A stretch of 64,000 nt of DNA, from the NCBI GenBank assembly GCA_951406725.2, contig OX597830.1, positions 52,328,001 through 52,392,000 on the forward strand, given 5' to 3'. Below the pieces are notes generated by a model. That model made no database searches. It was given only the letters and a program-made list of their open reading frames with translations, and was not told the DNA's origin. The stretch comes from Octopus vulgaris (Eukaryota). Below are positions 1 to 10,505 of the stretch, in pieces. The translations under genes and the position numbers were made by a program. Numbering within the stretch: position 1 is the stretch's first letter; the number at the start of each line of letters is the position of its first letter.

Positions 1-1985
1 GTCCTGTTATCTATATGAACTTGGAGGAATCGGTCGGCATCGACCCACCGAGGGCTAATCCCTCAGCATATTAAGAGTGCAGAGCATCGCGATTTTGGAT
101 AGTAGCCGCCGAAATGGCCTGTCACGGATGCCTACGGCCTGTAGTGCTTCCTCTTCGAGTTGGTACCACGCCCCGCAAGCGCCCACAGGGAGTCCATAAA
201 CTTCCGCCGGCTTATTGAATTCCCTTTCAAAAAGGGGGATCAATGGCTGGTATTTATTGATTTCTTGTGAGCTGCCTCTCAATGCAGCTCCTTGTTAGAT
301 CCGGACAGTCACATCGACAACTATTACCTTTGCTGCCCCGCGAAGCACCAGGTCGGGAATAAAACTGGGATCTCCACTCCTGCAGGCCGGTTTCCATCCG
401 ACCTCCCAGCCATGAACAACAGCTTTCCTCGCCACCAGTTCATAGATCTTATGGTGTCTGGCCTGTCTCTGGTTCTTCAAGCCTGGACATATGCTGTCTG
501 TCCCGTTCCTACACCTCCTGCATACCTTGGAGCCTCTGCCCCACGCGTCAGACACTCCCGCGTGGGAAACATGTTGGAGCGCATCATGAGTAGCCCAAGA
601 TAACACTCCTCAGTTATCCCACCCGAGTGTGCGATCCAACTATTCCCGATCGAGTCCTCGCGGAACGAGGAAGCAAACGCACCTTGAGCCGGATGTCCAG
701 GGCGTAGTCGACCTCGCCCGTCGATTCCTCCGGGCGGTCGAAACGCGAAACTAAGTCTAGGTTCAGCTCGACAAGGTCGGCTGTCCTTGCTACCATACGG
801 ATAGACTCATACTCCGACGTCAGCTAGCAAAGGTTAAGGTGGATGACATTTTGAGGAATCGTCCTCGCCAATTGGCAAAGATTCAACCCACCATCACACC
901 TGCTGCTGTACAGGAAGTGGTTGAATGTCATCTCCGGGAGATGGAGCACCCTACGGGCCCCCACGCGGGTGGCAATGTCAAGCCTCTCGAGAATTCTCTC
1001 CATAGGCATCACCTGCGTTAGGCTATAAAATAACCTAGGCTGCGAAAGGAGGAATTTTTGTCGGAGTTTCACTGGGGCCCGGCATATTTTATCGATACAC
1101 CTTGACACCTGTTCCACTGTGTTTTCCCCGTCTCGAGACGAAACCGAATTCATCCATGGGTCAATCTGGACCCCTGAGTAAGATATTTTATCCCCCGGTT
1201 CGACACCCTTTAGAGAGACCCCGTCGATCATCGTCGGCGCGCCCATGTTGATCACGAATGAATATTTGCCCCAGCTTTTGATAGCAAACCAGGTGCACCT
1301 TAAGATGTTAACAGCTAGCCCCACCGTGCGGTAGAACTCCATACAGCTGTCGATCGGCATCTGCAGTCCCCCGTGCGACCTGGAGACTAGCACCAAATCA
1401 TTTGCGTACGCCAAGCCCGCAACCACCACCCCGTCAACATGCAAACTGCAGTCACTGGGGAAAATGCCCAGCAACGGATCGTTCGCTATGTTAAACAGGA
1501 TAGGCGAAAGCGCTCCCACTGTCGAATGACCCGCTTAATCTATATTGGGTCACTCACCGTACATCCGGTCGAGAATCTGGTAGTGTAACCTTCATAGTCT
1601 TTTCACGAGCGTGATCAAATGCTCTCATGGTAACCAAGTTTTTTCAGGCTCGCAAACACAAATGAATGCGAAACTGTATCGAAGCCTTGACCAGATCTAC
1701 AAAGGCCACTTCCAACCACTGGATCCTTGACCGCGCTGGCCTCCCTATAGCTCTTCATACGAGTAGGCGCAGGAGAAACGAGTTCTCGCTGCAACCATCT
1801 TCTTTGATGAATCCGCACTGGGCCGGATTCAGGGGAACTACCTGAAGCATCCCTTTGACCATAATCTTTCTGAAAAGATGATATGCAGCGGAGCATATCG
1901 TCAATGGCCGCCAGTTGGACAAATCCATGCGGTCCTCCACCTTTTTAGGAAGGTGAACGGACCTGACCCGCTTCAAGACTTCGGG
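1..1985 (-). mobile_element. Decayed R2-like (RLE-type) non-LTR retrotransposon, 5'-truncated within RT; 3' UTR runs off the window start
   Basis: Consecutive frameshifted minus-strand ORFs (1755-2129, 824-1519, 614-796, 295-606, 55-282) give RT motifs LPKK..LSNWRPLTI, QCGF..DGCSEN, LSPILFNI, LAYANDLV and GGLNL. These are followed by a zinc-knuckle remnant (CRRC..ICP..RH), a restriction-like endonuclease motif (PDLVL..IVVDVTV) and KY..VGACGAW. Confidence 0.85.
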
Positions 1986-2024
1986 TCGATGATGTAAGTA
2001 CGAGATGATGTAAGTACGATCCCA

Positions 2025-2121
2025 AACCCCAAAAGGATGAAGGACAGAGTCAACCTCGGTGGAATTTGAACTCAGAACGAAGAGCATTGTCGCGTTACCG
2101 ATTCTGCCAGCTCGCCGCCTT
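2025..2121 (-). mobile_element. Meta-domain-type tRNA-derived SINE, 5' fragment
   Basis: Matches the window's recurring SINE (gtcaacctcggtggaatttgaactcagaac ... ctgccagctcgccgcctt). Confidence 0.8.
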
Positions 2122-2925
2122 GTCGTCAATAAAATATTACCAGTTATCTACTGGACTGGGTCTATCTAATCGTCTATAGTCTCTATTCAAAGTACATGTG
2201 TGGTTTTGTGCCAAAATTAAAAATTATTTTTTAACAAAAGTCTCTTCTCTAGAATCTGTCATGCGATCAAAATAAAAAAAAAAAGTAATATAAAGCGAAT
2301 CAAATGTTTTTAATATTAAAAATACCAATTAAAAAGACATGAATGTTTGTGATTTTTTTATATTAATTCTGTTTGTTTTATTCTTGGTAGGGTTTAAATT
2401 ACCAAAAGTTAATTAATTCTTTCACTAAAGAATATCCTTCCAAATCAGAACGGTTTTAATGAATTAATCCGCCGCTGACGAACGTAAATTAAAGGCTACT
2501 CGCCAGAGATGTATTTCCAAAAACAATTCTCTCACATAATCCATAACAAGTATGGATTACTCGTTACTTTATAAATCAACATTTTCTTTTTTATTGGATT
2601 TCCAGGTTTTCGTTTGATTTATTCACAACGTTAATTTGTTTTTGTTGTTTATGTTTTGTTTTTACTCTTGTGGTTATTAAATATGGCCTTTTGTGTGATG
2701 CCACATAAAATATAGAATAGCATGTAAAACCATACGCCGAGAATTTAATCATTGCCAGAGAGAAGATGGTGGGTGAACGGATGAGAGAGACGGAGAGAGA
2801 ATTATACTTGGTAGAGTCAAAAGACAAACAATATGATACAGTATTCATTTGTTTTGGTGTTAAAAGGTCCCATCTGACTGAACAGCATTTGTGTGTGTGT
2901 GTGTGTATGTGTGTGTTGGTTGGTT

Positions 2926-3268
2926 GACTGAAAGTTTGCGGTGGGTATCGCGTGACGAGCACTGCATAGTCTTAAGGTGTGTCCACAACCGAGCCATTTG
3001 AGACTTATTGGCTCAGTCCGCCTACCCTTGAATAGCTGCCATGAGTATGTGGAGTAAACGTTTGTCTAAATACCTTTCAAATTGTGTGTGTGCGTGTGTG
3101 TTAGTCTCTTGGCTGAAAGTTTGCCGGTGGGTATCACGTGACAAGGGCTGCACTACCCTGTCTTAAGCTCTGTGTTCCCAGCCAAACCATTGAAGACTCA
3201 GCCCACCAATTCTTGAATGACTACCACAAGAATGTAGAGTTAACTTTTGTGTGAATGTCTTTCAAATT
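2926..3268. repeat. Diverged two-copy tandem repeat, unit ~185 bp
   Basis: ctgaaagtttgc(c)ggtgggtatcRcgtgac...ctttcaaatt occurs at ~2928 and ~3114. Confidence 0.7.
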
Positions 3269-3806
3269 TCGGCACAAGGCCATTGGTTTTGAGGGGAAGC
3301 GGAAACCAATTACATCAACCCCTGTTATTGATTGGTACTTACTTTATCGATCCTGAAAGATTGAAAAACAAAGTTGACCTCGGTGGAATTTGAACGTAAA
3401 ACCAGAAGAAACGCTGCTCAGCAGTGCTCAACTCGTCCTTACATCATCGACCCCGAAAGAATGAGAAGCTAAAGTTGACCATGGCGAAATTTGAACTCAG
3501 AACGTAAAGCCGGAAAAAATGTTGCTAAGCATTTTGTCGGGTGCATTAATGATTTTGCTACCCACCAGATTTGTAGATCTGTGTAAATATCCTTTCTTCC
3601 ATAGGCACAATGCCTGAAATTTTGGTGGGAGGGGATAAGTTGATTACATAAACCCCTGTACATGACTGGTACTTATTTTATCGAACTCTGAAAGAATGAA
3701 AGGCAAAATATACCTCGGCGGAATTTAGACTCAGAACGTAAAGACGGATGAAATGTCACTAAGCATTTTGGCCGGGATGTTAACGCTTTTGCCAGCTCGC
3801 CGCCTT
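3262..3806 (-). mobile_element. Cluster of three Meta-type SINE copies or fragments
   Basis: Three occurrences of the actggtact..atcga..gaaag.atgaaaggcaaagt.gacc..ggcggaattt.aactcagaacg core. Confidence 0.8.
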
Positions 3807-4679
3807 CTTTTGTGTAAACATCGACCGATCAAGAATGACCCAGTTGGGTCATTCCTGATCAAAAGTGTTCCAACCATGGTCAGTCCTCTTTTCTTGTAAA
3901 GTTTAGTTTTAGATATCCTTTTTTAAAATGATCTGGTGTGAGTCAAGGTAAATTTAACTACTATTTCTAGCAGATAGAGTAACCCCTTAGATGCACTAAT
4001 TAATTTACAATATTCAATAATTATCACAATTAATGTTGTGTCAGCTGACAGCAATCAGGTCATGTGTCCATGTGCTGTTTAACCCAGGTCAGACCTGATA
4101 GGGCAGACCTGCGATCAAAGGCACTCCAGCCATGGCTATCCTGAAATTTTCCAATATGTAGAGAAGCTAGCACCACATTAGCCAGTGTCATTTTTTATGA
4201 CGGCAAAATAAAATTTGTGAGAGATTTGGCCGCTATTTCTAGGAAATCGAACAACTACATAAAGGTTCTTTTATGGCCCGTAATTGCGTGTGTGAATGTC
4301 TGTGAGTATATGCTTAACTGCGTATGTCTCTGAGTATGTGTGTGAGTGGGTAGTAGAGAGGTATTCTGTTTTGTGTGTATGTAGTCGAGATGTGTGTGTG
4401 TGTATTTGAGGTTGTACAGAGTGAGTCTACGCATGTGTGTATCTCCATGTGTGAAGTGGGTATGTGCGATAAAATGGGCGTGTGCATGTGTGTATGTAAG
4501 GAAGTGTTTGAAAGGAAAGAGAAAGAGAGAGGTTAGAAAGAGAGAGAGAGTCTGTGTGTGTGTGTGTGTGTGTGTGGATGTGATTTGAAGATTTGGTTGT
4601 TGCTTTTAGCTTTCAAAAGAGTAGAGTTTCCTCAGCTGGTTGATGAGAGGAATGATGGAATGGTTACCAGTAAAAAATT

Positions 4680-5020
4680 CATCGAAGAAGCTTAAGGTGG
4701 TTCGGTCATGAGGCCCGGTGTCCAGAGGGTGAGCTGATTCGCGATGTCCTCTTCCCACCTCCACTTCCCAAATGGCGCAAACGCACGGGCGGGCGGCTGA
4801 AGACCTGGGCAACGACGATAAAGGAGGACCTCTCCGAATTCTCAGGTCCACAGGTGGTCGGTCTGCGCAGATGGAACCGCGAATTGCTCGCTATCTCTAG
4901 TGACCTCGCACAGGACCGTCGAGCGTGGGCCGCCATGGTTCGTGATGCCGTCAGGACCAGAGAAGAAGCCGGCTCAACCCGCCCTGGGTGAACGCCGTCT
5001 CAAGTACAAGTACAAGTAAG
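4680..5020 (+). mobile_element. RTE-clade LINE 3' end
   Basis: Translates to RWFGH..RPEGELIR..PKWRKRTGGRLKTWATTIKEDL..DLAQDRRAWAAMVRDAV and ends in a (CAAGTA)n tandem tail at ~5001-5020. Confidence 0.8.
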
Positions 5021-5781
5021 TTCCCGTCAATTGAGAATACCATAATTAGCTCTGCACTTGTTGGAGCACTAAGTCGTCATGTTGATTCTGCCTAAATTGA
5101 AACTGCAATTGTCTGCGGAATACTCAGTTACAGACATAGGCAAATTTCGACTCAAAGGACTCTCCGAATGGCACACCAACGAAAAATTATTTTGTTCTTT
5201 TGTTTTGTTTTTGTCTTTTAGTAATGCTGCCCGCCTGATAATGAATCATATCGCATGGATTGGGTGCGTTTCTCGGAAAAGTTGACCTGCCTGGTTGTCT
5301 TTCGTGGAAATGAAGCTTATTATAGAGCACGTGACAAGGCGAGCGTAGATGACTATGTGTGTCATTGCTGTTGTTATCGTTTTTATTGTTATTGTCGTTG
5401 TTGTTGTTGTTGTTTGTTACCATTGTCGCTGCACAACTGTGTTTCGACTTCACTCAGGCAGACCTACAGAGATATGAAATCCATTCACACCGGCCTACAA
5501 TTGACATGGAATCCACAGACCCATTGTTCTAATCACCTAATGACCACACCTAAGACTACTTAACGACATCCGCGTTATTGTGTGGGCATGTGTGCGTGTG
5601 TGTGTGTGTGTGTGTATGTCTGTATGTGTGTGCGTGTAGGGATTAGCTCATTATAGTATACATAGAGAAGTACAGCCTTTGTTAGGTGTTACATCAATAC
5701 ACCTGATAACGATTGATAGAGCTTTCAAAGGTTGTTGATCATATCAAGTGGTGTCCGCATTTTTCGGAATGAACAGATATT

Positions 5782-6010
5782 CATTTCCTCTATAGGCACA
5801 AGGCCTGAATTTTTTTTTTTTTTATGGTTGGCGGGGCACCAGTCGATTACACTGACTCCAGTATTTCACTGGTACTTAATTTATTGAACCCGAAAGGATG
5901 AAAGGTAAAGTCGACCCCGGTGGCATTTGAACTCAGAACATAAAGACAGGCGAAATACCGCGTAAGCATTTTGTCTGGCTTGCTAACGATTCTGCCAGTT
6001 CGCCACCTTA
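5782..6010 (-). mobile_element. Meta-type SINE
   Basis: tRNA-like head (B-box gagttcaaat on the minus strand) plus gcctttcatcctttcgggNtcaataaattaagtaccagt core. Confidence 0.85.
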
Positions 6011-6053
6011 GAATGAACACATTGTTTAAGATATGTGGTGAGCTATTTGATTG

Positions 6054-6392
6054 CACACACACACACACACACACATACACACATCCAAGCACCCCTCAAA
6101 CACACACATACATACACACACACATACACACATCCAAGCACCCCCAAACACACACATACATACACAGACACATACACACACGCGCACACACACACACACA
6201 CACATACATATATGCATGTATGCATATATGCATACATACATGCATACATGCGTACGTACGTACGTACGTACATGCATACATACATACATACATACATACA
6301 TACATACATACATACATACATGCATACATACATACATACATACATACATACATACATACATACATACATACATACATACATACATACATACA
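6054..6392. repeat. Compound (CA)n/(TACA)n microsatellite
   Basis: Direct reading. Confidence 0.95.
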
Positions 6393-6900
<508 letters not shown>

Positions 6901-7098
6901 AATCTGTGTCTTGTTTTCGATTGAGATACCCGAATGGAGTTTATAAATAATTTTGTTAGGATATCTAGCCTTGGCGAGTACTTCGCTATAATAACATGCA
7001 TTCGACGAATAGATAAAATTCGTTTTTAATTGAACTCTAAGTAGATAAAGTAGATAAAGGTATATTACATAATTAATAACAATATAAATACGCAATGT

Positions 7099-7261
7099 AG
7101 GCGCAGGAGTGGCTGTGTGGTAAGTAGCTTGCTAACCAACCACATGATTCCGGGTTCAGTCCCACTGCGTGGCATCTTGGGCAAGTGTCTTCTGCTATAG
7201 CCCCGGGCCGACCAATACCTTGTGAGTGGATTTGGTAGACAGAAACTGAAAGAAGCCTGTC

Positions 7262-7358
<97 letters not shown>

Positions 7359-7557
7359 TGTGTTTGTCCCCCTAGCATTGCTTGACAACCGATGATGGTG
7401 TGTTTACGTCCCCGTCACTTAGCGGCTCGGCAAAAGTGACCGATAGAATAAGTACTGAGCTTACAAAGAATAAGTCCCGGGGTCGATTTGCTCGACTAAA
7501 GGTGGTGCTCCAGCATGGCCGCAGTCAAATGACTGAAACAAGTAAAAGAGTAAAAGA
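7099..7557 (+). mobile_element. Full-length CORE-like tRNA SINE with internal (TA)n(TG)n tract and LINE-type 3' tail
   Basis: A-box gtggctgtgtggtaag, B-box gggttcagtccc, CORE-like tcttgggcaagt, and tail ggtgctccagcatggccgcagtcaaatgactgaaacaagtaaaaga. Confidence 0.88.
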
Positions 7558-8130
7558 ATATATGTATGTATGTATATACATATATATATTATATACACAT
7601 GTAAATATTATATACATATGTATATATACATATATGTGTTCAATATAAATATATATGTGTGTATGCATATGTATGTGTATGTTTGCATGTATGTATGTAT
7701 ATATGTGTGTATGTATAGATAACTTAGATCACTTACATTGTTTCCGGCTATTATCGGCCCAGGTCATCACTAACTTATTACCACCACTTAGATAGGTCTT
7801 GTACGTAATGTTTCGGGATACCATGGGCCATTCGAGCAACGAGCTGTTTTTTGGTTGAGACGCGTCTTGTGTTGGTTCTTTGTCTGTTATTTCTTGGAGG
7901 AATTTCTTTAGATACCGCTTGACTGTTGTGGGTTTTTTGCTTTGTTTTGTTTTTTGGTTTTTATTTTTTTATTTTTTACTTGAATTTCTTTCGGGATAAC
8001 GTTGAATAAAGGAGGACTATTTGAGATGAGAAAAATGTCGCGTCGTAATGTTCTTAAGTGATGTGAACTTGTCTTTTGTAAAGGGGTGGGAACGGAGACC
8101 TAGCGTAGGATGACTTGTAAACTTGATACC

Positions 8131-8363
8131 TATTTCTTTACTACCTACAAGGGGCTAAACACAGAGGGGAAAAACAAGGACAGACAAACGAATTAAGTCG
8201 ATTACATTGACCCCAATGCGTAACTGGTACTTATTTAATCGACCCAGAAAGGATGAAAGGCAAAGTCGACCTTGGCGGAATTTGAACTCAGAACGTAACG
8301 GCAGATGAAATACCGCTAAGCATTTCGCCCGGCGCGCTAACGTTTCTGCCAGTTCGCCGCCTT
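8131..8363 (-). mobile_element. Full-length Meta-type SINE (subfamily A tail) with 20-bp TSD
   Basis: TSD tgacttgtaaa(c/t)ttgatacc at 8111-8130 and 8364-8383. Confidence 0.9.
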
Positions 8364-8489
8364 TGACTTGTAAATTTGATACCGACAGCGTTTGGATAAT
8401 ATTGGTGGAATATTTTCTACGTAGTTCAAATAATACAGCGGCGTTGGAGAGCGTAGTAATAAAAAAATATATATATTATAATATATAAT

Positions 8490-8703
8490 GATTTGAAGTT
8501 TTGGCACAAGGCCAGCAATTTTGGGGGAGCTAGTAAGACTGTTACATCGAACCCAGTGCTCAACTGGTACATATTGTATCAACCCCGAAAAGATGAAAGG
8601 CAAAGTCGACCTCGGCAGAATTTGAACTAAGAAGGTTAAGAAGGATGAAATGCTGCTAAGCATTTTGCCCGGCATACTAACTATTATGCCAGCTCGACAC
8701 CTT
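8490..8703 (-). mobile_element. Meta-type SINE (subfamily B tail)
   Basis: Same core with the ttggcacaaggccagcaatt tail variant. Confidence 0.85.
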
Positions 8704-8958
8704 GCAATAATATATAATATTATTATATAATATAAATAATATTATATAATATAATATGTATAGGGGCGGGACAAAATTAGTAAACTAGCTAAAATGAGTA
8801 GTTTCTGATTTTTGTCTCATTTTCTCCCTACCTGCTTGAAATTATTATATTGCAAGTATTGTATCATTATTTTCCAAATTTCCAAGAATCTTGGAAATTT
8901 TAACTAAAATTATACTAATGTGTCCATTTGTTTTAATTAAATTAAATTCTATGTCTTT

Positions 8959-9046
8959 GTGCAGCTGAGGATTGCTCTGCATTTAAATTGATGTAATGAT
9001 TGCATTGTTCAATAAAATGGAGTTGCATGAAACGATCGTACTGCAT
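8959..9046 (+). ncRNA. Type I hammerhead ribozyme motif (Penelope-like terminus)
   Basis: tgcag-CTGAGGA-(long stem II, ~57 nt)-GAAA-cgatc-GTA-ctgca: stem I tgcag/ctgca, complete core and palindromic stem III acgatcgt. Confidence 0.7.
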
Positions 9047-9173
9047 TACCTCTGGATATCCTTGTTGCTTATTTTGATTTTAATCACCTTATTTTGAAAT
9101 TGTATGGATAATACCGTACTAAATTCCAGTGCCTCAACTTAAGTACCATATTCATCTGAATCTAAATTTTTAC

Positions 9174-9231
<58 letters not shown>

Positions 9232-9234
9232 ATT

Positions 9235-9408
9235 ACATATAAGAGGGATGACCACTAAGTGGACATGCATTATGCTAAAGGTCTGACAACTAAGAAAAGA
9301 TTCTTTTTAAGAAAATTCTTGAGAACAATGTTTTCTTAGTGGTCAGACCATATGCAGTCTACCTCTAGCATAATGGATGTCCCCTTAGTCGTCATCCCCC
9401 TTATATGT
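9235..9408. mobile_element. Fold-back/MITE-like palindromic element in a TA/TG microsatellite
   Basis: 48-bp arms (acatataagagggatgaccactaag.. / ..cttagtcgtcatcccccttatatgt) with ~5 mismatches, plus an inner IR ggtctgac.actaagaaaa / ttttcttagtggtcagacc. Confidence 0.7.
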
Positions 9409-9432
9409 ATGTAATATATATATTTATATATA

Positions 9433-10186
9433 TAACTAATTTAGAGACGAACCACGACTCCACAACTCAGTCAATGAAGATCCTGTCCAAAACCTTTTAT
9501 ACTTTTATACATTACTAGCAGTATCGCTCGGCGTTGCTCGGGTTTGTAAGGGAAATAACTATATAACCATTTTTAGAGAGTTATTTCCCTTATATAATAG
9601 CAAAAAATGCATTAAAAATGGGGAAAAATGATGGTAATTTTTTTTTAATCGTAGACTCATCGTAGACATTTTTAGAGAGTTAGTTCCCTTATATAATAGC
9701 GAAAAAATGCATTAAAATGGAAATAAATGATGGTAAATTATTTTTAAAATCGTAGACTCATCGTAGACGCGCGCTAATACCCAGAAGGGCTCGATATGAA
9801 TCACGACTATAAGATACCCGCTTTTGGTTAAACTGCACCGCAAAATGTGGGAGTAGTTAGGAATCTAAATCGTAGGATACAGACACTCACACAACTTCAC
9901 TTTTATATATATAGATATTATTGTATTAATTTTTATTGTTCAATTTATACTTTATTTGATTTTAGCTTAATATTTTTTGATGAATGTTTCTTTGTATGGT
10001 GGTATTTGCTGTGATTTTAAAAGTATTTAAAAGTATTATATATTATATGAATGAAATACTGTTCAATATTATATATTATTAAATTTTTAGATTAGTATTT
10101 TGTATGGTATATGTCTCACAACATGGTTTTGGACGGGTTCTTCACTGACTGTGTTTGGGAGTGGTGGTTCGTCTTTAGATTAGCTA
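9433..10186. mobile_element. MITE-like element with ~62-bp terminal inverted repeats, interrupted by a Helitron
   Basis: 9433-9494 and 10125-10186 are reverse complements (roughly 80% identical by eye), with TA-repeat flanks. Confidence 0.65.
9515..9915 (-). mobile_element. Non-autonomous Helitron (~400 bp)
   Basis: On the minus strand it starts A|TCTATATATATAAAAG and ends with the hairpin cccgagcaacgccgagc..tactgCTAG|T; there is no TSD. Confidence 0.85.
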
Positions 10187-10204
10187 TATATATTATATAT
10201 TATG

Positions 10205-10454
10205 AAATTCGGTCCAATATTATTATACTGAATTTACCTGTAAGGTTGGAATGTTGATTCGCTAGCTTCTGCACGCATTTTTTTCTCTCCTTGTTTCTTT
10301 CCGTGTTTCTTTTCTGTGTATATTTCTGTTAAAGAGCGTAGGCTCGAAACGTAAAAGACTTGTTTTATTTATATTCCTGAGCGCCATACTAATACAATTG
10401 TTTGTTTGTATTCCACCTGCCTTCGTCTTTTGTCTATTTTCATAAAGCTTCCCG

Positions 10455-10456
<2 letters not shown>
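10205..10456 (+). mobile_element. Penelope-like terminal repeat with degenerate minimal hammerhead (10323-10356)
   Basis: ttt-ctgttaa-a-gagc(gtag)gctc-GAAA-c-GTA-aaa; related copies at 20655-20792 (minus) and 31655-31850; abuts (TA)n. Confidence 0.55.

Positions 10457-10501
<45 letters not shown>

Positions 10502-10505
<4 letters not shown>

Noticed and set aside
3827-3860. 34-bp hairpin gatcaagaatgaccca-gt-tgggtcattcctgatc
   Set aside because: Short local fold-back at the edge of a dispersed repeat, with no further support for function.
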